A stretch of 64,000 nt of DNA from a virus. The notes beneath the pieces were generated by a model. The model made no database searches. It saw only the letters and a list, made by a program, of their open reading frames with translations, and was not told the DNA's origin. The stretch is taken from positions 1-64,000 of the IMG/VR virus record IMGVR_UViG_3300031715_000002; one strand, given 5' to 3'. Positions 39,935-49,880 of the stretch are shown in pieces; positions within the stretch are counted from its first letter, which is position 1; every line of letters begins with the position of its first letter. Made by a program: the position numbers and the translations under genes.

Positions 39935-40741
39935 TCTTTGCGGCGGCGAAGGATCAGGTGGCGCTCGTGCATCAACTTCCGGCGCTGCTTGACCTCCATC
40001 GACTCCCTGAGTTCCTTGCGGACGGCATCCAGGCAGTGATTCGCTATCTTGACCACATGGAACTTGTCCACCACGACTTTGGCATTGGGCAGCACCTTCA
40101 GTGCTGCGTCCCTGTAGGGACGCCACATATCCATCGTCACGATATCTACGGCGTTCTTATTCAACCGTTCAGTCATCCACTTGATTACAGTGGGCTTATT
40201 CCGGTCCACCAAAAGGTCGATAAGCGAATTCATCTCGACGTTCGTGAGCACACACCGGGGCTTGCGGATCAGGAACAACTCGTCAATGCCTAACCAATTC
40301 GGCGTCACCGGACGGTACTCGGCGTCGAGCTTGTCCGTGTGCTCCGTGAAGATGTTGCGGACGGTCTTCTCGTCAACACCAACGTCGGCGGCGACTTCCG
40401 TGAACGTGCGCTCCAAGGAACGCTTCTTGATGTACTCGATCAGGCGGCGAGTCATCGTGCGCTTCTCGTCCATGTCGGGGAGAACCTGCTGGAAGGTCTT
40501 TCCGCAGTCGCCGCACTTGTACCGCACCCGCATGACCTTCAGGCCCACCCGGCTTACCGTGGATGGGCGTATCTCCGAAGTGCTGTTCCTCCACGCCATG
40601 CCGATTCAGCTTCGGCGGCGTGACTCCACAGCGAACACAACACACGGGAGCCTTGGTGTACTCTGCCGTAATCACCATGTCGTCGTCGTTGTGGTTTGTT
40701 TCCAACACGTTCCAGTCTTTCAATCCAATGATATTGGGCAC
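39925..40741 (-). pseudogene. ISL3-family transposase, frameshifted (~40550) and truncated
   Basis: Zn finger CVRCG..RYKCGDCGKTF; LGIDE; VTMDMWRPY; VVDKFHVV. Confidence 0.9.
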
Positions 40742-41491
40742 TCTGTCATAATATCAAACATCGGATTACACTGTGGAGTACTCACGGTACTACTTTCGGA
40801 TTCTGCCGTGAAGAAGACTTGCTGAGAGAGACGGCCAGCGGCAATCTCGCAGTACTTCTCTTCGATCTCGATGCCAATACCACGACGCCCAAGGTGCTTT
40901 GCTGCCACCATTGTTGTGCCGCTCCCCATGAATGGGTCCAGGACGGTTTCCCCCGGTCTGCTCCCCAACGAAACAAGCCATTTCATCCAACTGAGTGGCT
41001 TTGGGCAGTGGCTTTGGGCACGGATGCCCATTCTTCTCGCCGATGTCGGTGCTGGAGATGGCGATGGCCTTCGATCCCTTATGCAAATCGGGAGATGAAC
41101 CGTAGAACATGCAGTGGGCAAGCGACGAAAACCCCCAAGCATTCCGGCCACACGCAGCAGGAAGAAACACTCCACCAACGGCTGTGGGGCGGGGGAAGTC
41201 CCACATCATCGTGCCAGCGCAAAAAACGATGGCCCTCTCTGAGTGCTTTATCGCTGCGTCAACCACGGGCACGACCACACTCAAGAAGTTGGCATATGTG
41301 TCGTCGTATGATGCGTACTTCTGCTTGGCTAGGTATTGTGGACGCTTCTCCTTCGATGCGTCATGGTTGCCGAGATTCACGCCGTAAGGTGGGTCCGTCA
41401 ATACCAGATGAACGGGTGCGAGTGCTGGTATAACGTCCCGGCTGTCGCCGTGGTAGATCGTAATTCCGTCCTGTTGGTAGTAAGGTTTCAA
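40720..41491 (-). pseudogene. N6/N4 DNA methyltransferase (beta class) frameshifted by a 13-bp duplication
   Basis: TDPPYG, HPCPKP, LDPFMGSGTT in two frames. Confidence 0.88.
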
Positions 41492-41902
41492 ATGATGTCC
41501 TTGGCGGATTCCGCCGTGTTCAACCACGCTACATTCCGATTTTGCATAGACGAGTTATTGGGGAGAACAGAGTACGAAACTCCACAGTCAAATCCGAATA
41601 GCCTTTTCAATTTGAATCAGCTTTTTCGCGGGAATCATACTCACGGTTCAGCCTTTCAATCTCAACCTCAAACGACATACCCCACAGAGCCTCGAACTTG
41701 TGCCGACCGAGGCGTTCTACTGAAAGCATCCCGGCTTGATGCCTTGCTGGCTTGCCAGAATGGGGTTCTTTGCCACTTTCCCGCCTCTGTGGGCCACGTT
41801 CGGCTCCCGGTTGAGGGATAATGGCACCCCCTCCCTTGCGCGTGGCATTGAGGCTTGTGCACTTCAGTGACTTTTTGCGGATCAGTGGCTTGCGGTGGGG
41901 AA

Positions 41903-42852
41903 TCATCTGGACGGCCAAAAACATTCGGCAATATGGAGCGAAAGAGGGAATGGGATTCTGGCGATCATGGCGCTGGCGGCCTTGCGCCGCGGTGAATTGC
42001 TCGGGAAGTGGGCAGCCACGTCGGGATCTGCTAACCATGCGCGTCCGGAGTGCCCCGGCTGCTTCACTCCGCTCACCGCCACCGCCGCGCTCTGAAACGA
42101 GCCTCCCGCCATCCCCTTCTCGTGCTGATGGAAGTTGAAGCCGTCCACCTTGACGTGCCCCTTGGCCGAAACAGACGCCATCCCGAACTCAAGCGGCCCG
42201 CTGCGCACGATGCGACCGCCCACGTCTTCCACATCGCCCCAGAGGTAGTACGAGCCGTAGTGCGCCTTCGCCCGGCCTACCCACGGCTGCGCGCCCTTAA
42301 CGTTCTCGACCACCATGGGGATATAGCGTGGCGCGAATTCGCATCCGTCAAGTTTCGTGGCAGGGTGATAAATTCCGCAGCGTGCGCAACCATACGCCTC
42401 CGTGGCCGCTTCGCTGGCCTCTCGCTGGATGCGGAAGCAGGCGTCGAACAGAGCATTAAGGCTCTCTAGGCGGTCGCCGAACGGAGAATCCCGCTCCCAC
42501 CTCTGCCACCGAACCTCCGCTTGGCCAGATTCCACGGCATGGCCATGTAGGAGTACCGCTGGCACGGAGGCGAAGCGACAATGCAGGCGGCATCGCGAAA
42601 CTGGCTACCATGGATCGTGCGAACATCCTGAAGCACCAACTCCGCGCCTTCAGGCACAGGCCCATGGTGCGGGCAGTGCTCAATATCAAACCCGATTGCT
42701 CTACCGCCAAGCGAGAGCCAGCCCGCGCTCCATCCGAAGCTGCCTGCAAACAGTTCGATCATTAGAGGCGGGTTCACGCAAAGAGTTCCTGGTTCTTGCT
42801 CTTGCTCATCGTGAAGCCCTCCGTCTTGATTCAGAAATGCTGGCAGGGTCAC
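41903..42852 (-). pseudogene. C5-cytosine methyltransferase-like gene, frameshifted near 42520
   Basis: ELFAG and ASPPCQ in one frame; VENV in the next. Confidence 0.75.
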
Positions 42853-43366
42853 CGAAACGCAGGCGCGGTGGTGGCGTGGCCATTACTGGCTCCGCTGGAA
42901 TAGCGAGCGGTTCGCATTTCTCGCCGACCATCACAGCATCGCAGAAGGCCGCAATGCGCTCTTTGCTTGCGTGCTGGCCGTCCCAGTCTCCACCGTACCT
43001 TGGACCTTCGCCACGATCCGGTGAATGGAAACTACACTGCCCGAATCCCGGCAAGTCCACATAGAGCACTTGGGATGCTCGCTCACCAAACACCACGGCT
43101 GGATCTTCTTTCCAACCCCAAACAAACCCGAGCGATTCGCCGTGTATGCTCAGCAAGCGGCACAGTTCTCCGAGGGACCATTGCTTTACGTCGTAGGCCG
43201 CGCGCCGCCATTTGCCACGGCGGTAATCCTTAGCCCGGCTGCTACGCTTCTGGCAACGGAACAAGGCCACGGCGATTTCGCCGAGTGTCCCGCGTGAAGC
43301 CAACTCAGCATAGTACGCTTTGGTGACTTGCCCGTCGTTCTGCGAGAAAACCTGTGCCGCTGTCAT
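42806..43366 (-). CDS. Hypothetical phage protein
   Basis: VLYVDLP..GQCSFH..Y.G.WDG motif; ATGA overlap. Confidence 0.7.
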   Translation of the reverse strand: MTAAQVFSQNDGQVTKAYYAELASRGTLGEIAVALFRCQKRSSRAKDYRRGKWRRAAYDVKQWSLGELCRLLSIHGESLGFVWGWKEDPAVVFGERASQVLYVDLPGFGQCSFHSPDRGEGPRYGGDWDGQHASKERIAAFCDAVMVGEKCEPLAIPAEPVMATPPPRLRFGDPASISESRRRASR

Positions 43367-43929
43367 GATGGCCGCTCCACTTCAAGTACGTGTGTCAGAT
43401 GCCATCCGCCATTGGCCTTTGGCTCGCATTGCTTAAGGAGCCACGGCACAACACTATCGTGCCATTCGGACAACGGAACCCATCCACCAACGCTCATGCA
43501 ATTCACATCGAAGATATTCGGCTCTTCACTTTGAATTGAGGAGTCAGCAACTATCCAGTGAGTGTGCCGATAGCGGACCAGAATCGGAACCCCCGGAGCC
43601 GTCCATGGGCCTTCCCATTGCACGCGCACCAATCCGAAGCGTGGCCAAGGGTGCAGGCCATCGTTGAACCAAGCCGTACCGCCTATCGCCTTACGTGGAC
43701 TCCAATTGAGTCCAAGACGGTTCAGGCACTCAAACATCAATGTTGGGTTGGTATACCCCTTACTCTCGAAATCGCCCATGTGGGGTCGCAGTGCGTCTGG
43801 GGTTAGCCCGGAAACAACAGCCAACGCCGCCGGGCCACAATTGAAACCCCACTCGTCGCCGGCGCGCTCTGCATCGGACAGCGTGAATCGTGGCGCTACT
43901 AATCGAGAAACAATGCGTGCCGCTGCCAT
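43363..43929 (-). CDS. Peptidase C39-like (papain-fold) protein
   Basis: NCGPAALA..HWIV..IFDVN catalytic pattern. Confidence 0.55.
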   Translation of the reverse strand: MAAARIVSRLVAPRFTLSDAERAGDEWGFNCGPAALAVVSGLTPDALRPHMGDFESKGYTNPTLMFECLNRLGLNWSPRKAIGGTAWFNDGLHPWPRFGLVRVQWEGPWTAPGVPILVRYRHTHWIVADSSIQSEEPNIFDVNCMSVGGWVPLSEWHDSVVPWLLKQCEPKANGGWHLTHVLEVERPS

Positions 43930-43946
43930 ATGGACTTCAGCCTTTG

Positions 43947-44231
43947 TTATTTCGAGAACTGTTTGATTAAGCCCGCCATGTGGGCATCTATCTCAGTGAC
44001 TTCATGCACGTCGAAATTGACGTGAGCCTTTGCCGGATATGCCGCCATGAGAGCATCCAACGCCTGCTTATCTGGCACGGAAACCACAGCGTACTCGCCT
44101 GAGCCGTCCTTAAATCCGCCGATGCTCTGGAAGAATCTCTGGTTGGCCGAAAGCCACTCCGCAGCCTGATGAAAGGTTTCCGCAGTCGGGTTCGTACCCG
44201 GCTTTGGTGAAACGGTGATATGGAACGTCAT
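43947..44231 (-). CDS. Small dimeric alpha/beta-barrel-like protein (DUF3303/MIase-like)
   Basis: GAGGAGG RBS; G.YAVV.V...LDALM..YP pattern. Confidence 0.45.
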   Translation of the reverse strand: MTFHITVSPKPGTNPTAETFHQAAEWLSANQRFFQSIGGFKDGSGEYAVVSVPDKQALDALMAAYPAKAHVNFDVHEVTEIDAHMAGLIKQFSK

Positions 44232-44256
44232 TGTTGCCTCCTCCTCTGAAAGTTAT

Positions 44257-45174
44257 TTATGCGGTGGCTCCGTAGTTTGGTACGCCTGGGAGTTGCGGCC
44301 CGTAAGGCAGCACCGGAACATCGTCCCAAGTACGAGCATCAAGCGTTCGCCCGGCTTTCTTTTTGTCTGCAAATCGCACCATCGGAGCGGCGATGTGATA
44401 AGCAGCACCAGATATTGGAGCAAACTGTCCCCACTGCTTCCAAAGAAACGGCAGTGGCCACGGTCGTCCCATATCAGCGCGATTGCGGCAATCATCGCGA
44501 AGTTTTCTCGCCCAGTCCACTTGGCAGGGGCGCGCGCGAGGACCAGATTCGCCACCACCGATCACCCAATCGAAGTAAGGTAGCCATGAGTTGTAGTTTA
44601 TGACATGCGTATCCCGATAGGGCTGTGGTGTCCAATCCAACTCGCTTAGGAGCGGCTCGCACGATGCAAATATCAGTGATCCAGGGAAGACGCGCTGGAA
44701 TTGGATGATGTGTGGCATGCGCTCATCAAGTCGCCTTTGGTTCTCCAGCGTCACACCGAACATAGCATTACGCGGCCAATCTTTGTCCCAATAGGCAGGA
44801 AACATCCGTACCGCGTTCTCTGGGCGCTTCGTCAAAAATAGCCAAAGCAGATTCGGTGTGCTCACGGCAATATCGAACACGCGACGGCGTAGCGGCTCAA
44901 GTTCCTCGCGGTCCTCAAGCACGTCGCACATAGATCCACAGAACACGCGGTGCATAACGCCAAGTCTCTCAGCCGCCTTGTTCCATTTGAACGGCTGCTG
45001 CCAGTGATTCTCCCCGAAGAAACGGCGGTCTACATCTTGCCCCCAGACTTTCAGGCCAACCCGCTTTGAAAATGATTCGGCGTAGCAATTCTGGCATCCC
45101 TCGCTCACTTTGGTACATCCCCAGATCATGTTAAAAGTGTGCTCCGTCCATTCGATCTTTGAATTTTCGGCCAT
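44257..45174 (-). CDS. DUF5131 (phage Gp37/Gp68) radical-SAM-like protein
   Basis: SKIEWTEHTFN..GCTKVSEGCQNCYA; LTKRPEN; WVIGGGESG. Confidence 0.9.
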   Translation of the reverse strand: MAENSKIEWTEHTFNMIWGCTKVSEGCQNCYAESFSKRVGLKVWGQDVDRRFFGENHWQQPFKWNKAAERLGVMHRVFCGSMCDVLEDREELEPLRRRVFDIAVSTPNLLWLFLTKRPENAVRMFPAYWDKDWPRNAMFGVTLENQRRLDERMPHIIQFQRVFPGSLIFASCEPLLSELDWTPQPYRDTHVINYNSWLPYFDWVIGGGESGPRARPCQVDWARKLRDDCRNRADMGRPWPLPFLWKQWGQFAPISGAAYHIAAPMVRFADKKKAGRTLDARTWDDVPVLPYGPQLPGVPNYGATA

Positions 45175-45686
45175 TACGCCCCCTTCGTTTCCGCACTCGG
45201 CACGCACACCACCAGATCGGCATCTGCCTTGCGCGCCAGACTGCCTCTGATTTCCTCCACCGGCTTCGCTTCAATGCGCTCGATTTCGCGTAGCGCCACT
45301 TCCCGGAAGGTGGTTTCATACGCCGCGCACCAGCCCAACAGGGTGACTGCCACGCCGCCGGCCTCTTGCTGCGGTTGCCCCGCTGGGCGTCCGTAGACAT
45401 GGAAAATTTGCCGCATCACTGGGTCGAACGGGATGCCTTCTGCTTGCGCCAACTCGACTGCCTCTTCGAGCAAGCGGATGGCGCGCTCCTGCGGGGCAAT
45501 ATGGTCCGCTCCGATGCGCGTGCGAATCCATTCGGCTACGCGGCGCTCAAGAAACCCAGAGGGCATCTCGCCTTCGATGATAATCGGCGCAGGCGACTTC
45601 AGGGATTCTATCTTTGTTGGCTCAAAACCGGCCATGCTGCCATCTTGCGCCTTGCTATCAAGGTATCGTTCGTATTCAGCGATCAT
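45174..45686 (-). CDS. MazG-like nucleotide pyrophosphohydrolase
   Basis: ERAIRLLEEAVELAQA..QEAGGV..EIERI. Confidence 0.65.
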   Translation of the reverse strand: MIAEYERYLDSKAQDGSMAGFEPTKIESLKSPAPIIIEGEMPSGFLERRVAEWIRTRIGADHIAPQERAIRLLEEAVELAQAEGIPFDPVMRQIFHVYGRPAGQPQQEAGGVAVTLLGWCAAYETTFREVALREIERIEAKPVEEIRGSLARKADADLVVCVPSAETKGA

Positions 45687-45906
45687 GCAAACAGCCCCAC
45701 CTTCTCGCCTTGCGCCGGCCGCACATCCCACCCGGCATGGTGATCCAATCCAGGCACAATCTCATATCCACGGACGCGCAGCCAGCCTTCCAACTCTTCG
45801 GTAGGCCGGTGCTGGCCAACCCACAGGTTCATGAACCAATCCGAAAGGCGGATGGCACGCTGCTTGCGGTTTACGAGGGCGAGTACGGATTCGGAGAGGA
45901 TGAGGT

Positions 45907-46458
45907 TCATAAAACGCTCCGACTGCCAACTGCGGGGCAACTCACCGAATGCGGGACGATGCCCTGCTTGGCCAACTCGCGCGACGCGACCAACCTAGGC
46001 CCAGGTTCCTCTTGCCACTGCACCCGATTAGTTGCCACCAATGCCTTAGCAATTTCATCTACGCGGGCATTGAAGGCACGGCCCTCAGCCAGAATCTCTT
46101 TCCATGGCTTGCCGCACATGCAACAATCAGGCGCGAGCGAGATTGGCTGCGGAGGGCCGTATTTTTTCCGCCATTCCTTCTCTCGATCAATACGGACTTC
46201 TTCTTGTGCGGTAGTATTCGCATTCACCTGACGGATGATTTCTACGATGGTGGCGGGCGCAGGACACTCCTCACATTGATCAACCGCCATATCGACTACC
46301 TGCCGTACAGCCGAGTCAGACTTGCATCCGCCCAGGAGCACGCGTTTGAATTCGGCGGCTCGCGCCTTCGCCTGCTCTGGAGAACTCTTGGCACCTGGCG
46401 CGAAAGGGATTTGCATCAACCTGGCAATTTGTTTGTTAATTCCGGCGTCATCAATCAT
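45907..46458 (-). CDS. Replication accessory (loader/inhibitor-like) protein
   Basis: Follows initiator; C..CPAPATI. Confidence 0.5.
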   Translation of the reverse strand: MIDDAGINKQIARLMQIPFAPGAKSSPEQAKARAAEFKRVLLGGCKSDSAVRQVVDMAVDQCEECPAPATIVEIIRQVNANTTAQEEVRIDREKEWRKKYGPPQPISLAPDCCMCGKPWKEILAEGRAFNARVDEIAKALVATNRVQWQEEPGPRLVASRELAKQGIVPHSVSCPAVGSRSVL

Positions 46459-46459
46459 G

Positions 46460-47269
46460 CTATGCCTCTTCGATAATTTCGCTCATGGTTTTAGCGCGCG
46501 CTGGCCAACGCGAGGTCCACCCATCCTCCGCACATTGAGCCAACCAGCCCATTTTCCCGTTGGTACTGCCGGGGTTCATGATTGCCCCACGCGCCACGTC
46601 CGCAGACTTGCAATAGCTTTCCAGGCAAGCGAAAATGGCACCCTCGTTATCGGTGGAAACATACATCATCCACTCGCGCTCTACGCCAGCCCGGCCATAC
46701 TTCCTGGGGTAGAGTTCCCAGAATTCCTCAAAACGGCTGGATGCTGCGGTAGAGGGAATTTTACGCGCGGTTCCATTTGTATGTACTGTTGTGTTTTGTA
46801 CTGTTGTTCCTTGTACTGTTATGTCTTGTCCTGTAACGCCACTTTTTGCCAACGTGGTGGGATTTTCCGCCACTTCATCGGCAGATTCCGCCACTTCATC
46901 GGCAGAATTTCCCAAAGCCTCTGTTTGCAGGGCTTCTAGCCATCCTATTTCGACCAATCGGGGGATTACCTCTTGGAATACTTGGGCTGGCAATCGGGAG
47001 ATTCTCCCAAGGGAGCGGCAGATTCCGCCAATGCCTTGGGGGATTCCGCTAGGAAGAGTACCGCGATTTTCGCGCGGGGTTTGCTTTGCGGCGATCTCAA
47101 TTATAGCCACCCAAGCTCCGAAATGGGCCGCTCCGTTTGGATGGTCCACGAGGGCCGTATATCCTTCCCCGTCCATCTTTGTTGGAACTGCCACCCAATC
47201 GAGGCGCTTTAGTTTTCGGCTGGCAGCGTTCTCAAAATCTCTATCCCAATTAGTTATGCGGTAGATCAC
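46460..47269 (-). CDS. Phage replication initiator protein
   Basis: RITNWDRDFE N-terminus; FEEFWELYPRK; internal repeats. Confidence 0.75.
   Translation of the reverse strand: MIYRITNWDRDFENAASRKLKRLDWVAVPTKMDGEGYTALVDHPNGAAHFGAWVAIIEIAAKQTPRENRGTLPSGIPQGIGGICRSLGRISRLPAQVFQEVIPRLVEIGWLEALQTEALGNSADEVAESADEVAENPTTLAKSGVTGQDITVQGTTVQNTTVHTNGTARKIPSTAASSRFEEFWELYPRKYGRAGVEREWMMYVSTDNEGAIFACLESYCKSADVARGAIMNPGSTNGKMGWLAQCAEDGWTSRWPARAKTMSEIIEEA
46781..46910. repeat. Putative origin repeats: ~15-bp TGTACTGTT units and a 21-bp TTCCGCCACTTCATCGGCAGA tandem pair
   Basis: Direct repeats in the middle of the initiator gene. Confidence 0.6.
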
Positions 47270-47362
47270 TTATCGGCCATCCCTCAATGGCTGTCAGCGG
47301 GAGCGGTATGAGGGTACCGCCCCGCTGCTGACATTTCCGTGGGCTTTCGCCCAACAGAACGC

Positions 47363-47390
47363 ATTGTACCGCAACTCACGGTAGATTCAA
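47363..47390 (-). promoter_or_regulatory. Sigma70-like promoter of the replication operon
   Basis: TTGAAT-16-TACAAT. Confidence 0.5.
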
Positions 47391-47614
47391 AGCCAAAAAA
47401 TGGTGCTCCTGTGGCCCTCACGGCGCCACCTCCAGGAAATCCGCATGGAACTCCTCTGAGCGCTCCCTGCCATCAATCCGCACCGTTACCAACTCATTCC
47501 GCTGGCCAACCACGATAGCTCGCGTGAAGCGCTGGTCTACGAGCTTCTCTCTGGCCTCGTGGCTGAGCACGACGTGCTGGCGTGGACGGAAGCGCTTGGG
47601 AGGAGTCATGGAGT

Positions 47615-48454
47615 TTACGCAGGCGTGCCGTTCAGGATTGTGGTTTCGGTTGCTGCGGCAATCTGATTCACGATGGCCCTGAAGGCATCCCGTTCGATGT
47701 TGGCCGCGCGCCAGAGGTCGTACCACATGGCCAGTTTACCGGCCGCCAAGCGCCACCGGAGCCGCGCTACCACCTTGACCGGATCGCCGCCCTGGTAGAT
47801 CGGTATCTGGATGGTGAACGTCTCCGGCACGGCAAACTCACCCGCCGCGCCGCAGACGCCCTTGACCATCTCGTTGTAGCGGAACTTGATGCCCGCGTTG
47901 GTGCGGACGGCCGACTCGCAGTTGATTTCACCCGAGGCCACGATGGTCCGGGCGATCTCCAACATGGTGGCGGGCGCCGGGTCCACGATGTCTGGCGAGT
48001 TGTCTTCGATGAACTGAGCGAAGACATCCTGGGCCACCTGCTTGCCGTCCTGGCTAGTCCTCCACAGAATCCACTCATCCGATTTGCGGAGCGCGATTTC
48101 TATGGTGTGCTGGCACCAGCGCGGGACGGCCACACCGTATTCGTCTCCCAGGCCCTCATGGTAATCCAGCACCGCCTTGATCTGGCCGCTCTTTTCGTCC
48201 GCGAAGATACGGGAATCTCCATCGCTGAAATCGCCGAAGTACTTCACGAACGACAGCGCGTCGTGAAACTTCACATTGGCTTTGATGCGCGGGGGCCGCT
48301 CGCGCAGTTGCTCGTTGACGGGCAATTGGACCACAGAGTAGCCTAGCGGCGCGAGAACACTCGGAACACCCCCATCGAGCGATGAGGTAAACGTTTCCCC
48401 GGCGCGCGCCAGCGCCGCAATCTCTTGAATCGCTTCTTTGGTGATGTCAGCCAC
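47615..48454 (-). CDS. DUF2303 family protein (YfdQ-like)
   Basis: AVLDYH, FAQFIEDN..DI, PETFTIQIPIY.G, ARLRWR. Confidence 0.85.
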   Translation of the reverse strand: MADITKEAIQEIAALARAGETFTSSLDGGVPSVLAPLGYSVVQLPVNEQLRERPPRIKANVKFHDALSFVKYFGDFSDGDSRIFADEKSGQIKAVLDYHEGLGDEYGVAVPRWCQHTIEIALRKSDEWILWRTSQDGKQVAQDVFAQFIEDNSPDIVDPAPATMLEIARTIVASGEINCESAVRTNAGIKFRYNEMVKGVCGAAGEFAVPETFTIQIPIYQGGDPVKVVARLRWRLAAGKLAMWYDLWRAANIERDAFRAIVNQIAAATETTILNGTPA

Positions 48455-48782
48455 GTGGTTCTCCTACGGAAGCACTCTTGCGGTCTGGCTCGAAGAGTTT
48501 CTGCTGGCGCGGGTCCTCGCGCGTCAGTGTGCCATCCTGAGCCAAGAAAAAGATGGAAGACCCGATGGAGAATTCTGGTTTCTTGACCTTGGAATCATAA
48601 TCGATCTTCATCTCAATCTGGCCGTCCTTCTGCTTTGATGGGCTAAGGGAAAACTTGATCGACATCTCCCCTTTCATATTGGTTTCCGCCACGGCCTCTA
48701 CCAACTCGGTGAATTTCCGGCTGATATCGATGGCCACATTACCGTCTCGCATCTCGGCTAAAACAGACAGAATGTCTGTCAT
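48447..48782 (-). CDS. Conserved partner of DUF2303
   Basis: IFFLAQDGTLTREDPRQ. Confidence 0.75.
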   Translation of the reverse strand: MTDILSVLAEMRDGNVAIDISRKFTELVEAVAETNMKGEMSIKFSLSPSKQKDGQIEMKIDYDSKVKKPEFSIGSSIFFLAQDGTLTREDPRQQKLFEPDRKSASVGEPRG

Positions 48783-48796
48783 TGTTTCCTCCTAAC

Positions 48797-49333
48797 CTAC
48801 TCCTGCTCCTTCAGCCACAACTCGAAGGCCTCTTCCAGCACCTGCTCCTGAGTGATCTTGCGGTAATCAAGGACCGCCTGAATCCGCGCTACGAAGGCCA
48901 GAGGGACCACGGCCAAACTCATATCTATGGTCGCCAAGCGTAGGGATGCTGGCCGCCCCGTGCGCCTGGGCTTCGGCGGATTAGCGCGGAAAGCCTCAAC
49001 CTCTACACGCTGGAAGATGTACTCTTGTCCACGAGCGTGCTTACGCCACGATGGCGTGAGTTTGCCAATGCGCACCATGCGACGAATCGTTCCATCGGAT
49101 ATATCGAGGTACTCCGCCGCCTCACGCACCGTCATCACCGGGCTTGGGCTCGGCTCCTGATGGCTCATAGCCTCGAATCCTACGCCCCATTCCGGTGCAT
49201 CGGTCGGCAAACTCTCCATGGCCTTAGCGATTTCCTCGCGGGTTAGCCCGTTCATCCGGACGGCGAACTCTTGCTGCGTCATCCCTAAATCTCCATTCCG
49301 TGCCATCGGTGCCTTAGCCGTAGCAGTCATCAT
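48797..49333 (-). CDS. HTH_17 DNA-binding protein
   Basis: MTVREAAEYLDISDGTIRRMV. Confidence 0.75.
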   Translation of the reverse strand: MMTATAKAPMARNGDLGMTQQEFAVRMNGLTREEIAKAMESLPTDAPEWGVGFEAMSHQEPSPSPVMTVREAAEYLDISDGTIRRMVRIGKLTPSWRKHARGQEYIFQRVEVEAFRANPPKPRRTGRPASLRLATIDMSLAVVPLAFVARIQAVLDYRKITQEQVLEEAFELWLKEQE

Positions 49334-49336
49334 GGG

Positions 49337-49816
49337 TTACCATTCCTCGAATCTCAAATCAGGGTACTTCGCCATGAACCACTTTGCCTTGATCCTGTAA
49401 GCATCTGGGCGAAATCCCTTGGCGTCCACGACCACCGTTTCACCGGTGGCTATTTCCTTGTACCGGAAGTCTGCAATATAGTACACCGGGCGCACGTGCT
49501 TTCCCCACTTCGTATCGAAGGAATCTTGAAGTGCAAAACGCGGCTGCACCTGGAGAGCGACAATGTGGCCGCACCGTTCCATGGCCAGCAGTTTTTGATA
49601 CGCTTCCGCTTCTCGGATGCTCTGGAATACCGCACCGCCACTCATCCTGTAGGCCAGCACTTCTTTCCGGTTCTCAAATACCTGTCCCTCGGCAGAGACG
49701 AACTTGTTGCCGTATTTCTCACGCTTCGGCAGAGCGGTGGCCGTGGTCTTTATGACATCAGGTTGCTTGAGCCTATCGAAGTGGGCCAGCACGTCTGATT
49801 CTGTCCAGCCACTCAT
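49337..49816 (-). CDS. DUF1064 family PD-(D/E)XK endonuclease
   Basis: KYGNK, QPRFAL, YIADFRY, VVDAKG. Confidence 0.85.
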   Translation of the reverse strand: MSGWTESDVLAHFDRLKQPDVIKTTATALPKREKYGNKFVSAEGQVFENRKEVLAYRMSGGAVFQSIREAEAYQKLLAMERCGHIVALQVQPRFALQDSFDTKWGKHVRPVYYIADFRYKEIATGETVVVDAKGFRPDAYRIKAKWFMAKYPDLRFEEW

Positions 49817-49880
49817 TTCCGTCTCTTCCCCGCAGCAATTAGAGCGCCCTTTTTAACTGCTTCGAGTGCTTGTCCAAAGT

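Larger units (their letters stand above)
39925..41603 (-). mobile_element. ISL3-related element copy 1: complex end + MTase passenger + 3'-truncated transposase
   Basis: End GGCTATTCGGATTTGACTGTGG at 41603; five CAC-N5-AWTCCG sites. Confidence 0.8.

Noticed and set aside
41895-41916. AATCATCTGGACGGCC as another element end
   Set aside because: Lacks the CAC-N5-AWTCCG core and subterminal sites; lies in coding overlap
39348-47315. 13-nt inverted match ACCCTCATACCGC between the 39.3 kb ORF and the initiator leader
   Set aside because: Dozens of 13-mer matches are expected by chance in 64 kb, and both transcripts would carry the same sense, so it is not antisense
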